This document shows positions 8,466 through 16,464 of a stretch of DNA of 28,275 nt, piece after piece. Where the stretch lies: positions 1 through 28,275 of the forward strand of contig JAWSUI010000048.1 of NCBI GenBank assembly GCA_033551855.1, written 5' to 3'. This DNA is from Deferrisomatales bacterium (lineage in GTDB: Bacteria > Desulfobacterota > Deferrisomatia > Deferrisomatales > JACRMM01). Position 1 is the first letter of the stretch, and every line of letters starts with the position of its first letter. A model generated the notes under the pieces. It did no database searches, had not been told where the DNA came from, and was given only the letters and a program-made list of their open reading frames with translations. The position numbers were made by a program, and so were the translations under genes.

Positions 8466-9071
8466 ATGGAACGAAACCCTCGACGGTGGAGCGAGTGGGA
8501 CCGCCGCCACGGGGCTGCGGGGCGGCCTTCCCCCGACCCCTGGCTGGTCTCCCTGGCGCCGATCCTCGGCGCGGGGCTGCCCGGGCCCGTCCTCGACCTG
8601 GCGTGCGGCCTGGGCCAGAACACCCTCTGGGCGGCGTCCCTGGGGCTGGAGGCCGTGGGGGTCGACGCCTCGGAGGAGGCCCTGCGGCGGGCCCGCGAGG
8701 AGGCCCGGCGCAGGGGGGTGCCCGCCTCCTTCCAGCGCTGCGACCTGGAGGGCGCGGGGGCGTTGCCCGTTATCCCGGGGGGATGGGGGGCCGTGCTGGT
8801 CTTCCGGTTCCTGCACCGGCCCCTGCTGCGCCTCCTCCCTGACGCGCTGGCGCCCGGGGGCCTGTTGGCCTACCGGACCCACCTGCGCCACCCGCTCCGG
8901 GGCGAGGCCGCGCGGCCCCGACGCGCCGCGTTCCTGCTGGAGCCCGGGGAGCTCCTGCGCTCGGCCGCCGGCCTGGTCCCACTCGAATACCGGGAGTGGG
9001 GTCGGGCCGGGGATGCCTGGGCCGCCCTCCTCGCCCGCCGGCCGGGAGCTCCTGCTCCCTATTCCCGGTAG
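8466..9071 (+). CDS. Class I SAM-dependent methyltransferase (TehB-like)
   Basis: VLDLACGLGQN, GVDAS, LAPGGLL and LEPGELL motifs. Confidence 0.8.
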   Translation: MERNPRRWSEWDRRHGAAGRPSPDPWLVSLAPILGAGLPGPVLDLACGLGQNTLWAASLGLEAVGVDASEEALRRAREEARRRGVPASFQRCDLEGAGALPVIPGGWGAVLVFRFLHRPLLRLLPDALAPGGLLAYRTHLRHPLRGEAARPRRAAFLLEPGELLRSAAGLVPLEYREWGRAGDAWAALLARRPGAPAPYSR

Positions 9072-9256
9072 GCGACCACCCGGATCATGCCGATGGTGGC
9101 GCCCCTGTCGTCGGCCACCGGCATGTCGCTCACCCCCACGAGGGCGGCCTGGGGCCGGGCGGCGAAGAAGGCATTCACCTGCTGGTCGAGCTGTTCCAGC
9201 TCTTTGTGGACGTGGAACACCTGCATGTCCGTCCCGAAGGTCTTGACCTTGTACAC
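9059..9256 (-). CDS. Small hypothetical protein
   Basis: GGAGG RBS, GTG start, GC3-rich codons; downstream of the NifU-like gene. Confidence 0.7.
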   Translation of the reverse strand: MYKVKTFGTDMQVFHVHKELEQLDQQVNAFFAARPQAALVGVSDMPVADDRGATIGMIRVVAYRE

Positions 9257-9281
9257 GGCGCACCTCCCGGGCCATTCGCTC

Positions 9282-9506
9282 CTATTCCACCCCCACCACG
9301 CTGTTCACGCCGGGAACCGACGCCTTGAGGGCGGTCTCGATGCCCCGCTTGAGGGTCATCTGGCTCATGGGGCATCCCCGGCACGCGCCCGTGAGGCGCA
9401 GCTTCACGACGCCGTCGGCGGTGACCTCCACGAGCTCGGCGTCGCCGCCGTCGGCCTGGAGGTTGGGGCGGATCTTGTCGAGGGCCGTCTGGACCTGTTC
9501 CTTCAT
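9282..9506 (-). CDS. NifU/NfuA-type Fe-S carrier
   Basis: [11 protein letters not shown]...[18 protein letters not shown]. Confidence 0.92.
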   Translation of the reverse strand: MKEQVQTALDKIRPNLQADGGDAELVEVTADGVVKLRLTGACRGCPMSQMTLKRGIETALKASVPGVNSVVGVE

Positions 9507-9550
9507 CGCGCGCTCCTTCCACGAAAAGCTCAATGCGTTGCGTAGTCAAG

Positions 9551-9579
9551 AATCTATCCGGATGCCGGGGCGGTGTCAA
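9551..9579 (-). promoter_or_regulatory. Sigma70-type promoter of the NifU-like gene
   Basis: TTGACA-17-TAGATT. Confidence 0.65.
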
Positions 9580-9618
9580 ACGGGGCCAATGGACTTCCCT
9601 GCGGGGATGGTGGGAGGT

Positions 9619-9674
9619 GGGGGTCGGGGAGCGGGAATCGGGAATCGTAAATCGTAAATCGGGGAGCAGGGAGC
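9619..9674. repeat. Degenerate heptamer array, 8 units
   Basis: GGGGGTC GGGGAGC GGGAATC GGGAATC GTAAATC GTAAATC GGGGAGC AGGGAGC. Confidence 0.75.
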
Positions 9675-9773
9675 GCCCGGCCCCTGGCTGACGCGCAGCG
9701 CCTTGTGTGCCGACGCGGGTGTGCTAGTGTCCTGCGGCCGTCCGCGGGCACCGGAGCCCGGCGCGCCGGAGCC

Positions 9774-9802
9774 TTGACATTGATGACCCATACGGTTATC
9801 TT
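9774..9802 (+). promoter_or_regulatory. Sigma70-type promoter of rubrerythrin
   Basis: TTGACA-17-TATCTT. Confidence 0.65.
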
Positions 9803-9855
9803 TCGGCCCCGTTCCCCAGCGGGTTCCCCCTTCACCCCTGACCAAGGAGGAGATC

Positions 9856-10353
9856 ATGTCGAAGACGGTCGAGAACCTGAAAGCTGCTTTCGCCGGTGAG
9901 TCCCAGGCCAACCGCCGCTACCTCGCCTTCGCCAAGAAGGCCGACGACGAGGACCACCCCCAGGTGGCGAAGCTCTTCCGCGCGGCCGCGGCCGCCGAGA
10001 CGGTCCACGCCCACAACCACCTGCGGGCGCTGGGCGGGATCAAGGGCACCGCCGAGAACCTCGACGAGGCCATCTCGGGGGAGAGCCACGAGGTCCTCAA
10101 CATGTATCCCGGGATGATCGCGGATGCCCAGGCCGAGGGGTCCAAGGCCGCGCTGAGCTCCTTCCAGTGGGCCTGGGAGGTGGAGAAGACCCACGAGGCG
10201 CTCTACCGCAAGGCCAAGGAGAACCTGGGCAAGGGAGGCGAGAGCTTCGATTACTACGTGTGCCAGGTGTGCGGCCACACCCACGAGAGGTCCGCGCCGG
10301 AGAAGTGCCCGGTGTGCGGGGCCCCGTCCTCGAAGTTCGAGAAGGTGAGCTGA
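9856..10353 (+). CDS. rbr: Rubrerythrin
   Basis: AFAGESQANRRY, ETVH and EKTH diiron motifs; C-terminal CQVCG...CPVCG. Confidence 0.95.
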   Translation: MSKTVENLKAAFAGESQANRRYLAFAKKADDEDHPQVAKLFRAAAAAETVHAHNHLRALGGIKGTAENLDEAISGESHEVLNMYPGMIADAQAEGSKAALSSFQWAWEVEKTHEALYRKAKENLGKGGESFDYYVCQVCGHTHERSAPEKCPVCGAPSSKFEKVS

Positions 10354-10379
10354 CGGCCTGCCGGGGTCGTGCGCTGCCT

Positions 10380-10419
10380 CCCCATCCCCACCCCGGCCCT
10401 CCCCTTGAAGGGGAGGGAG
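10380..10419. repeat. REP-like palindrome
   Basis: CCCCATCCCCACCCCGG followed by hairpin CCCTCCCCT-TGA-AGGGGAGGG. Confidence 0.55.
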
Positions 10420-10428
10420 ACCGGAGCA

Positions 10429-10466
10429 GAACAGAGAAGGCGCCCCGAGGGGCGCCTTCTCTGTTC
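10429..10466. terminator. Hairpin between convergent rbr and hcp
   Basis: GAACAGAGAAGGCGCCCC-GA-GGGGCGCCTTCTCTGTTC perfect inverted repeat. Confidence 0.8.
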
Positions 10467-10489
10467 GTGCCGCTCGACCGGGAGCCCGC

Positions 10490-12121
10490 TTACGCGGCCA
10501 GGGTCGCCCGGATGTCGGCGTCGGGGGTGCTGATGGGCTTGATGTCGAAGTTGTCCACCAGCACCTGGAGCACGTTGGGGGTGACGAAGGCCGGCAGGGT
10601 GGGCCCGAGGCGGATGCCCTTGATCCCCAGGTGCAGGAGCGTGAGCAGGATGGCCACGGCCTTCTGCTCGTACCAGGAGCAGATGATCGAGAGCGGCAGG
10701 TCGTTGACGCCGCAATTGAAGGCGCCGGCCAGGGCCACCGCGATCTGGACCGCGGAGTAGGCGTCGTTGCACTGACCCACGTCCAGGAGCCGCGGGATGC
10801 CGCCGATGTCGCCGAGCTGCTTGTCGAAGAAGCGGAACTTGCCGCAGGCCAGGGTGAGGACCACCGTGTCCTTCGGGGTCTTCTCGACGAACTCGGTGTA
10901 GTAGTTGCGGCCGGGTTTCGCGCCGTCGCACCCGCCCACCAGGTAGAAGTGCTTGATCGCCCCGCTCTTGACCGCGTCGATGACCTTGTCGGCCACCCCG
11001 AGCACGGCGTTCCGGCCGAAGCCCGTGAGCACCGACCCCTTGTCCTGGTCGGAGGCGAAACCGGGCATGGCCAGCGCCTTCTCGATCACCGGGCCGAAGG
11101 CGCCGTTCTGCACGTGCTTGACCCCCGGCCATCCCACGAGGCCCGTGGTGAAGACCCGGTCCGAGTAGTCGGGCTGGGGTTCCTGGATGCAGTTGGTGGT
11201 GAAGAGGATGGCACCCGGGAAGTCGGGGAACTCCTTCTTCTGGTTCTGCCAGGCCGTTCCGTAGTGCCCGTAGAAGTGCTTGTACTTCTTGAGCCCCGGG
11301 TACCCGTGGCAGGGCAGCATCTCCCCGTGGGTGTAGACGGTGACCCCCTTGCCCTCGGTCTGCTTGAGGAGGTCGTCGAGGTCCTTCAGGTCGTGGCCGG
11401 AGACGAGGATGGCCTTGCCCTTCACGTGGCCCAGGGGCACGGGGGTGGGGACGGGGTGGCCGTACGTGCCCGTGTTGCCCGCGTCCAGGAGCTCCATGGC
11501 CCGCAGGTTGACCTCGCCCGCCTTGAGGGCCAGGCCGACCCAGTCCTGGAGGCCGAGGTTCTTGTCCACGAGCTTCGTGAGCGCCTCCTGGAGGAAGGCG
11601 TAGACGGCGTCGTCCTCCTGGCCGAGGATGGCGGCGTGGTCGGCGTAGGCGGCGATGCCCCGGAGACCGTAGAGGGTGGTCTCCTGGAGGCTCTTCACGT
11701 CGTCGTCCCGGTCCCAGTCGATGGGTAGCTGCACGTGCTCCCCCTGGGCCACGAGACCCGCCCGGTCGGAGGCCGGCTGGAAGCTCGCGGCGGGGTCGGC
11801 GAACTCCGCCGTGCCGCCCTGGGCCTTCACCTTCGCCGCCAGTGCCTTCCGGTGCGCCGCCGCTTCGGCGATGAGGCTCTGGAAGCGGGCGGGGTCGAAG
11901 TCGACGTTGGTGAGGGTGGAGAAGAGCGCCTTGGCCGTGAAGCGGTTGACGCCGACGTCCACGACGCCGACCTTGCGGCCGGCCACCGCCACCTGGCTAA
12001 GCCCCCGCAGGGCGTAGGTGAGGAGGTCCTGGAGCGCGGCGACCTCGGCGTTCTTCCCGCACACCCCGTGCTTGGTGCAGGCGACTCCCTGAGCGGTCTG
12101 TTCACACTGGTTGCAGAACAT
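10490..12121 (-). CDS. hcp: Hybrid cluster protein (hydroxylamine/NO reductase)
   Basis: MFCNQCEQT...CTKHGVCGK, SGHDLKD, THGEMLP, TTNC, GGCDG, LACGK, GQCND and SWYEQKA motifs. Confidence 0.97.
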   Translation of the reverse strand: MFCNQCEQTAQGVACTKHGVCGKNAEVAALQDLLTYALRGLSQVAVAGRKVGVVDVGVNRFTAKALFSTLTNVDFDPARFQSLIAEAAAHRKALAAKVKAQGGTAEFADPAASFQPASDRAGLVAQGEHVQLPIDWDRDDDVKSLQETTLYGLRGIAAYADHAAILGQEDDAVYAFLQEALTKLVDKNLGLQDWVGLALKAGEVNLRAMELLDAGNTGTYGHPVPTPVPLGHVKGKAILVSGHDLKDLDDLLKQTEGKGVTVYTHGEMLPCHGYPGLKKYKHFYGHYGTAWQNQKKEFPDFPGAILFTTNCIQEPQPDYSDRVFTTGLVGWPGVKHVQNGAFGPVIEKALAMPGFASDQDKGSVLTGFGRNAVLGVADKVIDAVKSGAIKHFYLVGGCDGAKPGRNYYTEFVEKTPKDTVVLTLACGKFRFFDKQLGDIGGIPRLLDVGQCNDAYSAVQIAVALAGAFNCGVNDLPLSIICSWYEQKAVAILLTLLHLGIKGIRLGPTLPAFVTPNVLQVLVDNFDIKPISTPDADIRATLAA

Positions 12122-12178
12122 GGTGTTCCTCCCTTTCGGTGGGGTTGAGAGTGGATGCTGCGGATTCCCGATGGCGCG

Positions 12179-12220
12179 AGGATAGAGTCTTTCGGCGGCC
12201 CTTCCCTTGAGCCACGTCAA
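12179..12220 (-). promoter_or_regulatory. CRP/FNR-family (HcpR-like) site and class II promoter of hcp
   Basis: TTGA-N6-TCAA at 12207-12220; -10 TATCCT at 12184-12179 places the site centre at -41.5. Confidence 0.7.
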
Positions 12221-12353
12221 ACCTAGCCGGATGACCCGCCTTGTCCAGGGGAGTTCCGCAACCGTTCGCCGGAAAGGGCCAAGGGCCGGGGAGGACCCCA
12301 CGCCGCGGCGAGGCATGGGGCTCGTGCCCCGGGGGCCGGGCGCGCCCTCTCCC

Positions 12354-13130
12354 TCAGGGGGACGGTCGGGCCCGCTGCCACAACCACAGGCCGGCCGCCA
12401 CCAGGACCGCGCTGAGGAGCTGACCCATGGTGAGGGGGCCGAGGAGGAACCCCAACTGGGGGTCGGGCTCGCGCACGAGCTCCACCAGGATGCGCAGCAC
12501 GCCGTACCCCCCCAGGAAGGCCGCCGTGGCGGCGCCGGTGCGCCCGGGGAAGCGCCGGGACACCCAGGCGACCCAGGCCCACAGGATCGGCCCCTGGAGG
12601 AGCGCCTCGTAGAGCTGGCTGGGATGTCGGGGCAGGGGCCCGCCGGCGGGGAAGACCACCCCCCAGGGGAGGGAGGTGACGCGGCCGTAGAGCTCGCCGT
12701 TGACGAAGTTCGCGAGGCGGCCGAAGAGGAGCCCGAAGGGCGCGGCCAGGGCCAGGACGTCGCTGATGGAGAGCAGGCCGAGGGAGTGCCGGCGGGCGAA
12801 GAGCCAGGCGGCCAGCCCCACCCCGGCCAAGCCCCCGTGGAAGCTCATGCCCCCCTCCCAGAAGGCGAACGCCCGCAGGGGGTGGGCGGCGAAGTAGGGC
12901 AGGTTGTAGAAGAGGACGTACCCGGCGCGGGCCCCCAGGACGAGCCCGAGCGCGAGCCAGGTCACCAGGTCCCCGACGGCCTGGGGCTCGAGAGGGAGCC
13001 TCCCTCGTCGGACCGCCCGGCGCAGGACGCCGTACGCGGCCGCGAAGCCCGCGAGGTAGGCCAGCCCGTACCACCGCACGGCCAGGGGGCCGAGCCGGAA
13101 GGCCACGGGATCGAAATCGTGGTAGAACAG
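12354..13130 (-). CDS. lgt: Prolipoprotein diacylglyceryl transferase
   Basis: VRWYGLAY, GGMSFHGG, GRLANFVNGELYGR and HPSQLYE motifs; start inferred at CTG 13130. Confidence 0.95.
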   Translation of the reverse strand: MFYHDFDPVAFRLGPLAVRWYGLAYLAGFAAAYGVLRRAVRRGRLPLEPQAVGDLVTWLALGLVLGARAGYVLFYNLPYFAAHPLRAFAFWEGGMSFHGGLAGVGLAAWLFARRHSLGLLSISDVLALAAPFGLLFGRLANFVNGELYGRVTSLPWGVVFPAGGPLPRHPSQLYEALLQGPILWAWVAWVSRRFPGRTGAATAAFLGGYGVLRILVELVREPDPQLGFLLGPLTMGQLLSAVLVAAGLWLWQRARPSP

Positions 13131-13497
13131 GGTCGTGCCTCCTCTTCGGCCGGGGGGCTCCGTGGGGGGAAACCGGAGCAAGAGCCTACTGCGGGGACCG
13201 CCGGAGGGAAAGGGCAAACGCCGGCCCTGCATTCACCGGAAAGCGCCGGTCGGCGAGCGCAGTCCGGGAGCCCCTGCGTTTCGCCCCGCAATCCGCGGCA
13301 ATTCGAAGAAGTGCGCCGGCAGACCCCGGCGTGTCGGGATTGACCCACTTGCGCCGGCGTCGTCGAGTCGGTGGATGGGGTGCGGGGCTCCGGGCCTCCC
13401 CAACCCCGCCCGAAAACCTGACGGCGGATTCCGGCCGGCGGGGGGCCGGAAATCGGAGCTTCCGGGTTTTCTGTGGGTGCGCGACGAACCATCGTGT

Positions 13498-13560
13498 TCT
13501 CGCGCAGTGGCGCAGAGGCGCAGGGAAAGACAAAGAACTCCTCCGCGGCTCGGCGCGAGA
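13498..13560. repeat. Palindromic repeat with 8-bp period (GCGCAGAG variant)
   Basis: TCTCGCGCAGTGGCGCAGAGGCGCAGGG...CTCCGCGGCTCGGCGCGAGA. Confidence 0.65.
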
Positions 13561-13645
13561 TCGTTCTTGCCCTTGATTGACCCACTGAGTTTCCGGAAGG
13601 GGCCGGAAATCCCCTGCGCTGCCTCGCGGCAGCCCTCCCCCGCCG

Positions 13646-15475
13646 TCAGATCCCGCCGCCGTCCAGGTAGGCCGCCCCCTTCAGGAGCCCCTCCCGCGCG
13701 AGGAGGGCCACGACCCGCTCGACGGCCTCGTCGAGCCCCATCCGGTGGAGCGGCAGGGTGAGGGCGGCGTCCGCCGGCGGCTCGTAGGTCTCCTGCGGGG
13801 GCGGCTCCAGGGTCTCGGCGCGGGTGACCCGGCCCAGGCCGTGAGGAGAGGTGAGCTCGGCCGGGGTGTCGATGTGTACTTGCAGAAAACGGCGGGGCCC
13901 CGCGGCTGCCCGGACCCGGTCCCGCTCCGCGGCCCGCATCCCGGGCAGGCTGAAGAGGGCGAGCACCCCCGCGTCGACCAGCAGGCCGGCCGCCAGGGCG
14001 GCCTGGTCCGCCAGGCGGTCGAGCTCGGGGGAGGCCCCGAGGCCCAGCCGCTCCGCGTCCACGACGTAGGCGTTGACCCCCTGCCGGAAGAGCCGCGCCT
14101 CCAGCGCCCTGGCAAGGTCGGCCTTGCCCGTGCCCGAGAGGCCGGCGAACCACACCGCCGCCGCCCGGTGACCGTGGCTCGCCTCCCGGGCGGCCCGGTC
14201 CACCCGGCCCCCGGGCACCAGGGCCTCCGACCCCGTCACCGGTCGAGCGGTCCGGACCATCCCGGCAGCCACGGTGTGGTTGGTCTCCAGGTCGACGAGG
14301 ACGAAGGCCCCGGTGGTGCGGTTGTCGGCGTAGGGGTCCGCGCAAAGGGGTTGGGCGGTGGACAGGCGCACCCGCCCGATCTCGTTGAGCCCCAGGGCCC
14401 GGGCCGGCACGGGGTCCAGGGTGTTCACGTCGGTGCGCCAGAGGACCTCCTCCACCCGGCCGCGCACCGCCCGGGTCGTGTGGCGCACCAGGTAGGGCCG
14501 GCTCGTGTCCAGGGGGGCCTGGTCCATCCACACCAGGTCGGCGTCGAGGTCGCGGCTGATCTCCGGCGGTGCCGACGCCGCGGCCAGCAGGTCGCCCCGG
14601 GAGACATCGATCTCGTCCTCCAGGACCAGGGTGACCGACTGCGGGGCCCGGGCCTCCGGCAGATCCCCGCCAAAGGCGTGGATCCGCCGCACCCGGGACC
14701 GCCGGCCGGAGGGCAGGGCCATAACCTCGTCCCCGGGCCGCACGACCCCCGCGGCGAGCTGGCCCGCGAAACCCCGAAAGTCCTGGTTCGGGCGGAGCAC
14801 GAGCTGCACCGGCAGCCGCAGGGGCCCTTGGCCCAGCGCCCGGCCGACCTCGACGGTCTCCAGGTGCTCCAGGAGCGTCGGTCCCCGGTACCAGGGCATG
14901 GCCTCCGACCGGGTCGCGACGTTGTCGCCGGCGAGCGCCGAGAGGGGGATGAAGGTGAGGCCAGAGGCGCCGAGGCGGCCGGCGAAGGACTCGAAGTCTT
15001 GTCGGATGGCCTCGAAGGTCCCCTGATCGTACCCCACCAGGTCCATTTTGTTGACCGCGACGACCAGGTGGGGGATGCCCAGCAGGTGGGCGATGGTCGT
15101 GTGGCGCCGGGACTGGACGAGCACCCCGTGCCGGGCGTCCACGAGGATCACCGCGAGCTCCGCGGTGCTGGCGCCCGTGGCCATGTTGCGGGTGTACTGC
15201 TCGTGGCCGGGGGTGTCGGCGATGATGAACTTGCGCCGGGGCGTGGCGAAGTACCGGTAGGCCACGTCGATGGTGATGCCCTGCTCCCGCTCGGCCTTGA
15301 GGCCGTCGGTCAGCAGCGACAGGTCCACCGCGCCCGCCTCGGGGTTTCGGCTGGCCCGGCGCACGGCGTCGAGCTGGTCTTCGAAGATGGCCTTGGTATC
15401 GAAGAGGAGCCGGCCGATCAGCGTGCTCTTCCCGTCGTCGACCGATCCGGCCGTGGAGAATCTCAGGAGATCCAT
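13646..15475 (-). CDS. cysNC: Sulfate adenylyltransferase subunit 1 fused to a degenerate APS-kinase domain
   Basis: GSVDDGKSTLIGRLL, EREQGITIDVAYRYF, DTPGH and NKMD; C-terminal WFAGLSGTGK domain. Confidence 0.93.
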   Translation of the reverse strand: MDLLRFSTAGSVDDGKSTLIGRLLFDTKAIFEDQLDAVRRASRNPEAGAVDLSLLTDGLKAEREQGITIDVAYRYFATPRRKFIIADTPGHEQYTRNMATGASTAELAVILVDARHGVLVQSRRHTTIAHLLGIPHLVVAVNKMDLVGYDQGTFEAIRQDFESFAGRLGASGLTFIPLSALAGDNVATRSEAMPWYRGPTLLEHLETVEVGRALGQGPLRLPVQLVLRPNQDFRGFAGQLAAGVVRPGDEVMALPSGRRSRVRRIHAFGGDLPEARAPQSVTLVLEDEIDVSRGDLLAAASAPPEISRDLDADLVWMDQAPLDTSRPYLVRHTTRAVRGRVEEVLWRTDVNTLDPVPARALGLNEIGRVRLSTAQPLCADPYADNRTTGAFVLVDLETNHTVAAGMVRTARPVTGSEALVPGGRVDRAAREASHGHRAAAVWFAGLSGTGKADLARALEARLFRQGVNAYVVDAERLGLGASPELDRLADQAALAAGLLVDAGVLALFSLPGMRAAERDRVRAAAGPRRFLQVHIDTPAELTSPHGLGRVTRAETLEPPPQETYEPPADAALTLPLHRMGLDEAVERVVALLAREGLLKGAAYLDGGGI

Positions 15476-15476
15476 G

Positions 15477-16412
15477 TCAGAAGTACCCCTCGCGCTTTCG
15501 CTCTTCCATGCTCGCTTCGCTCGCCCGGTCGTCCACCCGGGTGGCGCCCCGCTCGGTGAGCCGGGCGGCGGCGGTCTCGGCGATGATCTCGGCCGGGGTG
15601 GCGGCGTCGCTCGCCACGCACGCGGTGCAGGTCATGTCGCCCACCGTGCGGAAGCGCACCCTGCGCCGCTCGGTCCGCTCCCCCGGGAGGGGGTGGACGA
15701 GCTCCCCCACCGGGAGGAGGCATCCCTCCCGGACCACCACCTCCCGCTCGTGGGCGTAGTAGAGGGGGGGGATCTCCAGCCCCTCGTCCCCGATGTACTG
15801 CCACACGTCCAGCTCCGTCCAGTTGCTCAGGGGGAAGATCCGGATGTGCTCCCCCCGGTGGTGGCGCCCGTTGTACAGGTTCCACAGCTCGGGCCGCTGG
15901 TTCTTGGGGTCCCACTGGCCGTTGGAGTCGCGGAAGGAGAACACGCGCTCCTTGGCGCGGGCCTTCTCCTCGTCGCGGCGGGCGCCGCCGAAGACCGCGT
16001 CGAACCGAAATTCGCGGATCGCGTCCAGGAGCGTTACGATCTGCATGCGGTTGCGGCTCTGGTTCTCGCCCGCGCGCTCGACGATGCGGCCCCGGGCGAT
16101 GGAGTCCTCCACGGACCGCACAACCAGTCGGGCGCCGAGCTCCGCCGCCCGCCGGTCCCGGAATTCCAGGACCTCGGGGAAGTTGTGCCCGGTGTCCACG
16201 TGGAGGAGGGGGAAGGGGATGGGAAGGGGTGCGAAGGCCTTCTCGGCCAGGCGGAGCAGGCAGATGGAGTCCTTGCCCCCGGAGAAGAGGAGGACCGGCC
16301 GTTCGAACTCGGCCGCCACCTCCCGGAAGATGAAGATGGCTTCGGCCTCGAGCCACTCCAGGTGGCTCAGGGGCGAGGGCGAGGGGTCGGTTCGATAGGC
16401 GTGGGCTTCCAT
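15477..16412 (-). CDS. cysD: Sulfate adenylyltransferase subunit 2
   Basis: FSGGKDS, GGARRDEEKARAKER and MEERKREGYF motifs. Confidence 0.97.
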   Translation of the reverse strand: MEAHAYRTDPSPSPLSHLEWLEAEAIFIFREVAAEFERPVLLFSGGKDSICLLRLAEKAFAPLPIPFPLLHVDTGHNFPEVLEFRDRRAAELGARLVVRSVEDSIARGRIVERAGENQSRNRMQIVTLLDAIREFRFDAVFGGARRDEEKARAKERVFSFRDSNGQWDPKNQRPELWNLYNGRHHRGEHIRIFPLSNWTELDVWQYIGDEGLEIPPLYYAHEREVVVREGCLLPVGELVHPLPGERTERRRVRFRTVGDMTCTACVASDAATPAEIIAETAAARLTERGATRVDDRASEASMEERKREGYF

Positions 16413-16464
16413 GGCTTGTCCCTGGCGAAGAAAGGGGAAAGGGCTCGGTGCTCGCACGGGGCCG

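Noticed and set aside
6224..8623. 799-aa ORF as a novel fusion protein
   Set aside because: The N-terminal part is an Arg/Pro-rich alternative frame of the lipoprotein gene; oxidase similarity begins near 7633.
12122..12316. N-terminal extension of Hcp (608 aa)
   Set aside because: An RBS and MFCNQCEQ start at 12121, and the extension overlaps the promoter.
13205..13280. c-di-GMP-I riboswitch suggested by AAAGGGCAAAC
   Set aside because: The GAAA-capped P2 and GACGCAAAGC segments are missing, and no plus-strand gene follows.
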